Part shown: positions 1 through 9,786 of the stretch, piece by piece
Position numbering within the stretch: position 1 is the first letter of the stretch
How the letters are laid out: the number at the start of each line of letters is the position of its first letter
DNA from: Macrostomum lignano
Taxonomy: Eukaryota
DNA: 64,000 nucleotides
NCBI GenBank assembly: GCA_002269645.1
Contig: NIVC01002102.1
Span: 1-64,000 of the forward strand
Direction of reading: 5' to 3'
Made by a program: the position numbers and the translations under genes
Notes under the pieces: model-generated
Told to the model about the DNA's origin: nothing
Database searches by the model: none
The model's input: only the letters and a program-made list of their open reading frames with translations

Positions 1-190
1 TGTACGGCGCTGCCAGAAGCGGGGCTTGGAGTCGCTGCCACAGAGACTGTCTTTGTACGGCGCTGCCAGAAGCGGGACTTTGAGTCGCTGCCACCAGAGA
101 CTGTCTTTGTACGGCGCTGCCAGAAGCGGGGCTTGGAGTCGCTGCCACCAGAGACTGTCTTTGTACGGCGCTGTCAGAAGCGGGCTTTGA
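1..190. repeat. 54-bp tandem repeat (~3.5 copies, runs off window edge)
   Basis: Unit TGTACGGCGCTGCCAGAAGCGGGGCTTGGAGTCGCTGCCACCAGAGACTGTCTT is repeated. It may be a subterminal repeat of the adjacent CACTA-type element. Confidence 0.9.
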
Positions 191-2163
191 GTCTGGACTC
201 CGGAAAGCAGCTGGCTTCCTGTGCGATGCGACCGCCCCTTTAATCGGTCACCGCCATGCTTTAGCTGCTGTCTGCAAGTATTTCTTACAGATTGTTCAGA
301 GGGCCTGCCGGCTTCAGCGGTCGCGCCATAGATGAATGTGATTGCTTCTGTTAGGAAAAAAGTTGAAAGTTACTATGAATAGCATGCACTGTGCTCGACT
401 AATTTCTTGATATTTAGCTCTAAAAGTCTCATTGAACGTTGATTAAGTAGACTTACTTTGGAAATGGCTGAGCAGAGTGCTCTGAAATCCAAGCTGCGCA
501 TCAGTAAGGTTGGTCGCAACTCCAGCAGCAACAGCTCGGCTTCGCATGTCTGACCCGATTAAATTAATAACCGCCTGCATCTCTTTCGACAAGCTCTCGT
601 TAAGCATTGCCATTAAAGCATCGGACCACTTGTCTCGCTTGCATGAACGTAGCAGGCTCTTCTGTTTAGATTTTTACAGGTGAGAATACTTATAGATTAT
701 TATTTCAGTGATAGTACTAGTGCGCTTTGAGTAGTAGTTAGAGCATTTCTTCTGAAGAAAAAAAAAAAACTCTGTCATGAACTTACCAAAGTAGAAATAT
801 GTTCATTTGGACTGGAAGCGAATTGCACATATTTTTCCCAGGAGTTGATCGGCCAGAATGAAGGCTCAGAATTATCAGTTGGAATGTCAGCGCCAACAGG
901 TTCCAAAAAGCGTAGCACGCTCTGCACTTCAGTGCGCATTGCGGTGATTTGTTTGGTCAAACTATTTTCTAATGCTTTCAATTCATTCTTGCGCATAGTA
1001 AGTTCGCGTAGGGCATATAAGGACAGAAACTTGATGCCTCTTGGACTTTCCAGCTCAAAGCTAACACCGGCTTGGATCTGCTCTTCTAGTTTTCTAAGAA
1101 AGCCAGAACCAAAATTAAAAGATGAAATGGTGGGAGGCGACTTAGGAATCGTCGATCGATCATCTGCTACGAACTCAGCTTCTATTTCAGCTTCCGCCTC
1201 AGCTTCCACCTCAGCTCCCATCTCAGCTTCCACCTCAGCTTCCGCCTCAGCTTCCGCCTCAGCTCCCATCTCAGCTTCCACCTCAGCTCCGATCTCAGCT
1301 TCCACCTCATCTTCCGCTTCAGCTTCCGCCTCAGCTTCCACTTCAGCTTCCGCCTCAGCTTCCACTTCAGCTTCCGCCTCAGCTTCCGCCTCAGCTTCCA
1401 TATCGGCGTCTACGCCAGCTTCTGCTTCATCATCACTAATAGGAGGCATTGGCGCTAACTGTGCAATCGTAGGCGGATGTTGTTTAGGCAGCAAAGCTGG
1501 AGGTTGCAAACAGCGGCTGCTCTTATCTTCGAAGATTGCCTCGGAATCGGTGGCTGAGCCGTCTGACAGATTCTGTTTGGGATGGTTACGGCATGAGAAA
1601 TTATCAAGTTAATGTCAGTTTTAAAGATTATTTTCACATTTAATTTCTTCCCTTTTCTTAAAAAATAGTTTAAAAGGTAAAACGGAGAAAACAAAGTTCT
1701 CGATAAAAATTATATGGGCTGTGCTTAATTTTACCTTAGTCTGGTAATGCCTTCGTGCTTTCTTCATGTCACGCTCCTGAAAGACTCTGGGTTGAACCAA
1801 CTCGAGAATTCGGTTCAGTCGGGTCTTTTTGGCCACCAATTCACGCACAAAGCGGAAGCTCCCAGGCTCTAGGTTGTTGCTTAGTATTACCTTTAAATTA
1901 ATGAGAAAATATGAGCGTACAAATATTAGATCGATTCAAGAATTTTAACATTTCAATCGTTGGGATCGGTTGCTTACCTGAATAATTAGAGCAGAGTAAA
2001 AACAGCCTTCATACAAGGCTTCACACTTCCACTTCTCAGTGGAGTCCCTCTTTTCTAACCATTCCTCTTCCTTAAGGTTTTGAAAGCCTTCAGGAAGCTT
2101 CACTTCGCTTTCCGAGACCTCAACAATTTGACGGTCGTCTTTAAAGATCACTAAAAACTTCAT
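1..2163 (-). CDS. Spliced accessory gene of the CACTA/EnSpm element, DUF4806-like, with an (EA)n acidic tract; 3' end not resolved
   Basis: Exons 2163-1978, 1890-1735, 1572-787, 661-457 and 347 onward join in frame through canonical GT-AG introns (donors GTAAGC, GTAAAA, GTAAGT, GTAAGT). The N-terminus is [14 protein letters not shown]. The C-terminal motif [10 protein letters not shown] resembles the DUF4806 end motif. The frame stays open into the 54-bp repeat to position 1. A GAAGCT-type coding microsatellite lies at ~1180-1400. The domain call is by motif resemblance only. Confidence 0.6.
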
Positions 2164-2527
2164 TGTAGCATGCAGACTAGACTATGCTAGTGCAAAACTG
2201 AGTACCAAATAAAGCAAGAGTTTGGAGCTCACACTATAGTTTATGCTTATTTAATGATTCAGTGGTTTAGGTTGCTTCTAGAAGCAATTGTCTTCTATAG
2301 TTCTTCGAATGAAAAAGGCCGCCCTGGCTTTTCCAATTTCATTGGCCCTACCGTCCCCGCATCCATACCTGTCCAATCAGCGCGCACAAACCCCCAAAGG
2401 AATAGTTTTCAATTCTTCCCAGCTTTTGTTCATATCCTTTCTTTAATACGAAATAAGCAATCGTAGTAATTACTTTATTATTATTACAACAGTCAACTAT
2501 CATCAAAGTCTGATTCGGACGAAAACA

Positions 2528-4531
2528 ATGACAAGGCAATTGAGGCGACAAGCAAATAAGGATTTGCTGGGCTTGTTCATGGAAGGAGAACAAGAAGCTT
2601 TGGAAGACATCGCACTGCAAGAGAAAAAAAGAAAAGTATTCGAAGCAGATGATTCTGGGAGAGTCGCCGGTTTCATCGCTTCGGAGTCCTCTGTAGCAGA
2701 AGTCAATGAAGGTACGGATCCAGATCTTGACAACGACAATGGCAGCTATCCTGATTTTGACGAGTTCGCGCGAGTTTGCAGCGATGAAGATGAGGAGATT
2801 GACAAGAAAGAGGATGACCGCTCTTTAGAAGATAAAATATTCGCCTTGCTGGTAGTCTACTTTTCTTGTTTCAACCTAAGTCGTGGATCTAAAAAATTCC
2901 TTGTTGATGGTCTAAGAGACATAGGCTTGCCTGCGCCGAAGTCTGTCAACTCTATTGAGGCCGTCATCAATGCTGGCGATCCAACGGAAAAATTGGAGCC
3001 CATGGGAAAAGGCCATTTTCGCTACATTTCGATTCTGAAAAATCTAGAACTAATGTTTCGCAAAAACCAGCTGCACATGAAGCCAGAATATCTACAACAC
3101 GATAGTGAAACTGAGAAGGTTTACAAAATTGAAGCCATCGTTAATTTTGACGGCTTGCCTTTGTACCGAGCAAGCCACTTCGGTCTTTGGCCCATACTTA
3201 TGTCTATTCCCAGCATATTCAGCAGACCTTTTCCAGTAGCCGTATGGGCTGGTTGTGGCAAGCCACCTCTGAATGATTATCTTCGACAATTTTGCGACGA
3301 GGCTAAACGTTTTCTTACGGGTCCAATAAAAATTATCGAAAATTTAAGCATCAGCTTCTCGACTATCCGATTTGTTTGCGATGCGCCTGCTCGAGCCTGG
3401 GTCTCAGTAACTCAAGGGCACATGTCGTACGTCGGTTGCATGTACTGCAGGGCTACTGGACCTTATACCGACAACAGAGTAACATTTTCAACGAGCGTCG
3501 GGGAGTCTCGTAGCAGCCAACAATACCGAGAGGGAAAGGAGTCTAACCAGGAAAATAAAAAAATCGCTCTATCGCCCCTTCTAAATTTGCCTAACATTAG
3601 TTTTGTCGATGCTTTTCCCCCTGACTACCAGCATGCCGTATGCCTTGGAGTCACAAGGAAGCTATTTTACCTATTTTTCGACAAATCTAATGGCAAGAAG
3701 TGTCTCGTCTATCCCGGTCCGATGAGCCTATTGGGCGACCGAATTACTATGGCTGCCGGTTGGACACCTTCAAACTTTCAACGAAGACCCCGGAAAATCG
3801 ACTTGGAACTGAAGCACATGAAGGCTACTGAATTCAGACAGTACTTGCTGTACCTAGGACCTGTCCTCTTCAAAGGCATTTTAAATGAAGAAAGGTATAA
3901 CCACTTTCTTTACCTCCATTTCGCCATTTACGCATACTCCAACGAAAGGTACTCCAAGTGGTGGACGCAGGCAAAAACTTGCATTGAAGTTTTTGTTGAA
4001 CGGGCTGCCCACCTTTACGGCCAGAAGTTTATAAGTTTCAATCTTCACACTATTCTTCATTTGGATGAGTTTGTCCGAAAGCTAGGCAGTTTAAACAACT
4101 TTTCGACTTTCCCTTTCGAAAACTTTCTTGGATCTGTAAAGCGCCGCGTAAAGGTGACAAGGCACATGGCAGCGCATTCAGTTAAGCAGGTGCTCAGAGT
4201 TCGCGATCTTCTGTTGAATGAGCAGCGAATTCCACCGTTGAAATTCAGCACAAAGCGAGGTGATAATTGTTGCATAATCGACAAAGTATGCGTCCTAATC
4301 GAAGCTGTAAGTGAAGCTAATCAAGTCACTGGCAGGATTTTACACCCAGTTGACAACATCTACGCCAACCCATATCCATCTTTGCGTCTGGGAATCGGCT
4401 TGTACAGGATGACATCTGGTGTTCTAACTGGCACACCTGAGCGAAAGTGCTGGATTTTGCCTGCGAATCTGCTTGCCAATCTTGCTGGAGCGGACAGGAT
4501 CCAGCAAGCCATTTTTTTGTCATTCCTCTGA
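2528..4531 (+). CDS. EnSpm/CACTA (CMC superfamily) DDE transposase, intact 667-aa ORF
   Basis: Motifs DGLPL..S..GLWPI, CDAPARA, CxxC (CMYC), DYQHAVCLG, KATEFRQYLLYLG, SFNLHTILHL and FPFENFLG are typical of animal EnSpm-like transposases. Confidence 0.85.
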   Translation: MTRQLRRQANKDLLGLFMEGEQEALEDIALQEKKRKVFEADDSGRVAGFIASESSVAEVNEGTDPDLDNDNGSYPDFDEFARVCSDEDEEIDKKEDDRSLEDKIFALLVVYFSCFNLSRGSKKFLVDGLRDIGLPAPKSVNSIEAVINAGDPTEKLEPMGKGHFRYISILKNLELMFRKNQLHMKPEYLQHDSETEKVYKIEAIVNFDGLPLYRASHFGLWPILMSIPSIFSRPFPVAVWAGCGKPPLNDYLRQFCDEAKRFLTGPIKIIENLSISFSTIRFVCDAPARAWVSVTQGHMSYVGCMYCRATGPYTDNRVTFSTSVGESRSSQQYREGKESNQENKKIALSPLLNLPNISFVDAFPPDYQHAVCLGVTRKLFYLFFDKSNGKKCLVYPGPMSLLGDRITMAAGWTPSNFQRRPRKIDLELKHMKATEFRQYLLYLGPVLFKGILNEERYNHFLYLHFAIYAYSNERYSKWWTQAKTCIEVFVERAAHLYGQKFISFNLHTILHLDEFVRKLGSLNNFSTFPFENFLGSVKRRVKVTRHMAAHSVKQVLRVRDLLLNEQRIPPLKFSTKRGDNCCIIDKVCVLIEAVSEANQVTGRILHPVDNIYANPYPSLRLGIGLYRMTSGVLTGTPERKCWILPANLLANLAGADRIQQAIFLSFL

Positions 4532-5345
4532 CAGGTGACTCCGAGGAGGCCTGATGTAGGACGCGTGAGTCGCAAGTGAGTACTAAAAATATCTTTCTCT
4601 GGTTTTTTATATCAATCCGATTTCCTTCTATCTCGATTCTCGTATTCCCTGTATTCTGCAATTCTGCAATTTCTTCCTGTATATGTTCTCAGCTTCAACA
4701 CGCAGACATGATTGTAGATTGTGAGTTAAATATTAGTATATTACGATGCATACTCGATCGCAACTGCCATTTTATCTTTACTTTTAGGATCCGCAGTTTC
4801 ACGAGTTTACTACAAGCCTGGCGATCGGTCATTCATGAACTGGAGTTATTTTAGAGACTGATTATATTGATTCTATCTTTATTGTTTACATTCTTGAACC
4901 CTAGAATTAGGTACAGCTTAAAATTCGGTGTTATAGAGGCCGGAGGGGTAATTTAGCTCAAAACTGTGTAGGAGGGGTGGAGGGGCCGGAAACTTAGTGG
5001 GAGGTGATGCCGCTGTATGTGGCTGAAATGGGGGATTTATTTTCTTAAACCCCAGTATACGAGTATGAAATACTAATGGTATTGTATACAGTATTCCTAC
5101 CTCCAATTCAAGCCAACAGAATTTTTGTAATATTTTACTTATCCCATTGATAATAATCAACTAGCTGCACAACTGTAATTTCCATCTGTTACCATCTGGT
5201 TTTACTTTTAAGCACATATAAAATGCTATGAATATTTTCTTTCTTTTGCTGGCACCTATTTTAGGTCAGATCGAATCAATACTTTCCGTATCAAAGTATT
5301 TATGTGTTTATGCTAGGTTGTAACTTATAAAATATATATATATGA

Positions 5346-6372
5346 ATGAATGACCGATCGCCAGGCTTGTAGTAAACTCGTGAAACTGCGGATCCTAAAA
5401 GTAAAGATAAAATGGCAGTTGCGATCGAGTATGCATCGTAATATACTAATATTTAACTCACAATCTACAATCATGTCTGCGTGTTGAAGCTGAGAACATA
5501 TACAGGAAGAAATTGCAGAATTGCAGAATACAGGGAATACGAGAATCGAGATAGAAGGAAATCGGATTGATATAAAAAACCAGAGAAAGATATTTTTAGT
5601 ACTCACTTGCGACTCACGCGTCCTACATCAGGCCTCCTCGGAGTCACCTGTCAGAGGAATGACAAAAAATGGCTTGCTGGATCCCTGTCCGCTCCAGCAA
5701 GATTGGCAAGCAGATTCGCAGGCAAAATCCAGCACTTTCGCTCAGGTGTGCCAGTTAGAACACCAGATGTCATCCTCTACAAGCCGATTCCCAGACGCAA
5801 AGATGGATATGGGTTGGCGTAGATGTTGTCAACTGGGTGTAAAATCCTGCCAGTGACTTGATTAGCTTCACTTACAGCTTCGATTAGGACGCATACTTTG
5901 TCGATTATGCAACAATTATCACCTCGCTTTGTGCTGAATTTCAACGGTGGAATTCGCTGCTCATTCAACAGAAGATCGCGAACTCTGAGCACCTGCTTAA
6001 CTGAATGCGCTGCCATGTGCCTTGTCACCTTTACGCGGCGCTTTACAGATCCAAGAAAGTTTTCGAAAGGGAAAGTCGAAAAGTTGTTTAAACTGCCTAG
6101 CTTTCGGACAAACTCATCCAAATGAAGAATAGTGTGAAGATTGAAACTTATAAACTTCTGGCCGTAAAGGTGGGCAGCCCGTTCAACAAAAACTTCAATG
6201 CAAGTTTTTGCCTGCGTCCACCACTTGGAGTACCTTTCGTTGGAGTATGCGTAAATGGCGAAATGGAGGTAAAGAAAGTGGTTATACCTTTCTTCATTTA
6301 AAATGCCTTTGAAGAGGACAGGTCCTAGGTACAGCAAGTACTGTCTGAATTCAGTAGCCTTCATGTGCTTCA
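5346..6372 (-). pseudogene. Inverted near-identical duplicate of 3810-4836 (transposase 3' part plus downstream flank)
   Basis: The reverse complement matches 3810-4836. Differences seen: one TAC->TAG nonsense change at ~5777 and two 1-bp homopolymer indels near 5665-5685. Confidence 0.92.
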
Positions 6373-7270
6373 TGTGCTATATATAGTTCAGACCTTGTCA
6401 AGCCTCGCACGAAATTCGTCTTTGTTCTTCCTTTATCTTTGGTGCAATATGGGAATAGAAAAAACTTGATGACCTGCACTGATAAGGAGTCAGGACAGTT
6501 TGTTTGTTTCGCATAGGTTCGCTTAAGCAGGCAAGAACGGTACAACGTAGAAATTCCCATATCACTTCTCTAGCCTTTCTTCTAACCCCCCCCCACCCAA
6601 CTGAAATGAATTGGCCAAAATTAGCTGTCACCTCTAGGTTAAAATAATTCCTTGCATTGCCCTGTCATTACGGGTTATTGCCACTGGCCAGGAAATTCAA
6701 AACATTTTTCTAAGAGCAACTCAAAATGAGTAAGCTTTATACAGGCTATAATTGATGAGAGATTTCTGTTAATGAGAGATAAAGCCCACACGGGTTTTAT
6801 TGATGTCGGGTTGTAAAAGACGATCGCAAATAGAGAACAATAATATAGCGAGAATATTCAAGCTGGCGGACGTGCGCCGAGCTATAATTTTCTGTTAACT
6901 CGGGGATTCAGTAAGACTAGAATAATTGAGTGGCAAAAACTGTCATGAGAACGCAAAGGCACTTTGAAACCTTTATGATTCAGTGGATTTATTCATCCGG
7001 AAAAATGACAAGGCGGGGGTTAGATTGTTATTTATTCATGACCTGTCCCATTTGAGCTCTGACCGCCTCTGAATATGAAAACTGAGAAAATATCTATGTC
7101 TATGTATCCCTCCTTATCAAAATGTGACTGAGTGACTGTGCCCTACTCGTAATCGGGGAGATAAATGAAGGGGAGACAGGGGAGACAGTCTCCTATCTCC
7201 AATCTCCCATGTCTCTTATTTGCCATTATGCAGTTAACTGGGCCCGTCATGCATAGCCTACTGCAGGCTG

Positions 7271-7320
7271 CAGGGGTCAGCAAACTCCAGCCCACGGGCC
7301 ACATGCGGCCCGCAGTCTCT
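7271..7320 (+). mobile_element. hAT-Charlie-like terminal fragment
   Basis: CAGGGGTCAGCAAACT...CCCACGGGCCACATGCGGCCCG resembles Charlie-family 5' ends. No partner end was found. Confidence 0.45.
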
Positions 7321-7472
7321 CTATCCAGCCCTCGGGTCCTTTCTAACTTCCCATGCCAATAACAATCCAGCCCGCTCAAGGTTTGCATCTCTTCTCAGCT
7401 TTTTTGCTAATTTCTTCTCCTTTTCTCATCAAAATCTCCCCTCTCTCCTCCTTTCCCCTCTTTCCTTGCTCC

Positions 7473-7662
7473 CAGTGGCGCAACCAGGGGGGGGCGGGGG
7501 GGGGGGGGGGGGGCCCCCCCTTAGGCGGAGACCCAGAAAAAATTGAAGGGGGACCAAGCGAATTTTCGCCAAAAACAGAGCCTCCCCTCCGCCCCCTCCC
7601 TCACGGGACTTTACCTTCCAGAATCCGCCCCCCCCCTCAAAAAATTTCTGGTTGCCCTACTG
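7473..7662. mobile_element. hAT-type MITE, 190 bp
   Basis: Imperfect TIRs CAGTGGCGCAACCAG / CTGGTTGCCCTACTG. Exact 8-bp TSD CTTGCTCC at 7465-7472 and 7663-7670. Confidence 0.88.
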
Positions 7663-8546
7663 CTTGCTCCCTTCCTCTGACATCTCTCCTTTCGCCTCTC
7701 TCCTCTCTCCCTTTATCTCCCTTCTTTCTCTCATCTCGCCTCTCTCCTCTCTTCCCTCCTCTCACATCTCACATCTCTCCCCTCTCCCCTCCACTCTCCT
7801 CCTTCTGGCCCGCAGTCTTGAGCTAGATTCTCTATCTGGCACTTAAAGTAAAATAGTTAGCCAATCCCTCGCAAGGAATTTCGATCATTACAATGAGCAA
7901 AAGTTGACATTAACAAAATTTTGGCGGGCGCGTTGTGCCAAGCCTGAACAGCTTCTCTAGACAGCACTCTGTGCTCTCCAGAATTACTTGAACTGTTAGC
8001 AGTGGCGCAAGCAGAATTTCTTATGTGGGGGGGGGGCGGATTCTGAAGGGTAAAGACCCAAGGGGGGCGGAGGGGTGGCTCTGTATTTTGGCAAAAATGC
8101 GCTTGGTCCCCCTTTAATACAGCTTGGCAAACCTGATTGATTTTCCGGGATTTCCCCTGTCCTAGTTGTATTTCTCTAAAATTCTGGAAGATAAATCGAG
8201 ATTCTAGATAATAGCTGCATCTAAGATTAGTTTGTTTTGCTATCGCATTGTACCGTACAATTAATTATTGAAAATTTTAAACCTTTGCTGGCATACGCAT
8301 ATGTTATCTTTGACCTTACCTGTTGTTTAATAGGTAAATTATTACTGTATGGAGGTACATGTAGATATAGGCATTTTGACTGTCAACTGTCCACCCCATA
8401 CAAGCATACGGCTTTCAAATAATTATGCAACCTTGTGCAAGGGTATGCCGCCTACTTACATGTAAAACTTTGAAATGAGTATTTATTTACGCCACTATCC
8501 AAGGGGGGGGGGGCGCGGCCGCGGGAGACCGACAGCGGAGACCGCC

Positions 8547-8944
8547 ACAATTTGCCCGCCAGACAATTTGCCCGCCAGACAATTTGCCCGCCAGACAATT
8601 TGCCCGCCAGACAATTTGCCCGCCAGACAATTTGCCCGCCAGACAATTTGCCCGCCAGACAATTTGCCCGCCAGACAATTTGCCCGCCAGACAATTTGCC
8701 CGCCAGACAATTTGCCCGCCAGACAATTTGCCCGCCAGACAATTTGCCCGCCAGACAATTTGCCCGCCAGACAATTTGCCCGCCAGACAATTTGCCCGCC
8801 AGACAATTTGCCCGCCAGACAATTTGCCCGCCAGACAATTTGCCCGCCAGACAATTTGCCCGCCAGACAATTTGCCCGCCAGACAATTTGCCCGCCAGAC
8901 AATTTGCCCGCCAGACAATTTGCCCGCCAGACAATTTGCCCGCC
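8547..8944. repeat. 16-bp minisatellite (ACAATTTGCCCGCCAG) x~25
   Basis: Essentially perfect tandem array, flanked by a 15-bp inverted repeat at 8540-8554 / 8975-8989. Confidence 0.97.
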
Positions 8945-9786
8945 GCCCTATTTCACCTTGAATAGAACGGCGATCAAATTGTGGCGGTCAAATGTACTCG
9001 TAGATGTAGTAGACCCGGCGGCCGCCCCCTTTGCCATGGCTGGACTTGCATATAAGGGGGGTAAATTTTGAGCTTACTTTGGCTTTTTAGACCAAAACAA
9101 AAATTTGGGCAAATCTGCCCCCACTACTTTAAAAATCCTGAATTGACCACCAAATCGGACTCATCTAAATGAAAACTTAAGAATACAAGCAACATTGTAC
9201 ATGCGCTAGTGCTTAAGTAGTGGAGTATTAAAAAATATATTTTTTGTTGCGTTGATTTCGAAGATCAAAAGGTATTACTTATAAGTAGGTAGGCTAAAAC
9301 GCACACTTTTGCATTCACATCCAATTTCTGAAGTGTATGAAACTCAGAAAAATTTGCACGAGTCGCCTATACCCCACTTTGGAGCTTGCAGCAATTTTTC
9401 AAAGAGATGGCTGCTCAAAGGGTTAAAAGTTCAAGTTAGCTGTAGTATGAGGATTGGTCAATGCAAATAAATAATGAGCTCATTATACAAGAAAATAATT
9501 AATAAGGATATCAATAGTTCGCCCCACTGTCCACTGCACGTACTGAAAGGCGTACTGTCAGGTTCGAGCACAAAAACACCCGAAACTAAAAAAATCAACT
9601 TTAAAAATTCTGCTCTTTACATAATTTCCTCACAAAAATATTTCATACGTACAAAGAAGAAAACCTACAAACTTTTATCTTGCGGGATGGGGCGTACCCT
9701 TGAGGGCCGCCGGGGCGCCGGCCTAGAGGGTACGCCCCAATTTTTCTAACCACTGGGTTGAACAATTTCTAAAACGGGTCGCTTAC

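Noticed and set aside
845-1612. 255-aa plus-strand Ser/Ala-rich ORF
   Set aside because: It is the antisense shadow of the (EA)n exon of the minus-strand gene, which has proper splice sites.
6398-6631. 77-aa minus-strand ORF as a possible last exon of the CUB-like paralogue 2
   Set aside because: No convincing acceptor or phase link, and no recognisable motif.
8996-9040. Possible micro-exon (HGKGGGRRVYYIY) continuing paralogue 2
   Set aside because: The phase fits, but the polypyrimidine tract and donor (GTACAT) are weak and it is far shorter than the paralogous exon.
8452-9071. Multiple overlapping ORFs on both strands (also 10433-11110, 16309-16890, 19897-20859, 21746-22251, 25445-26377, 62756-63996)
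   Set aside because: They are stop-free frames of tandem repeats, with a protein period equal to the DNA unit length.
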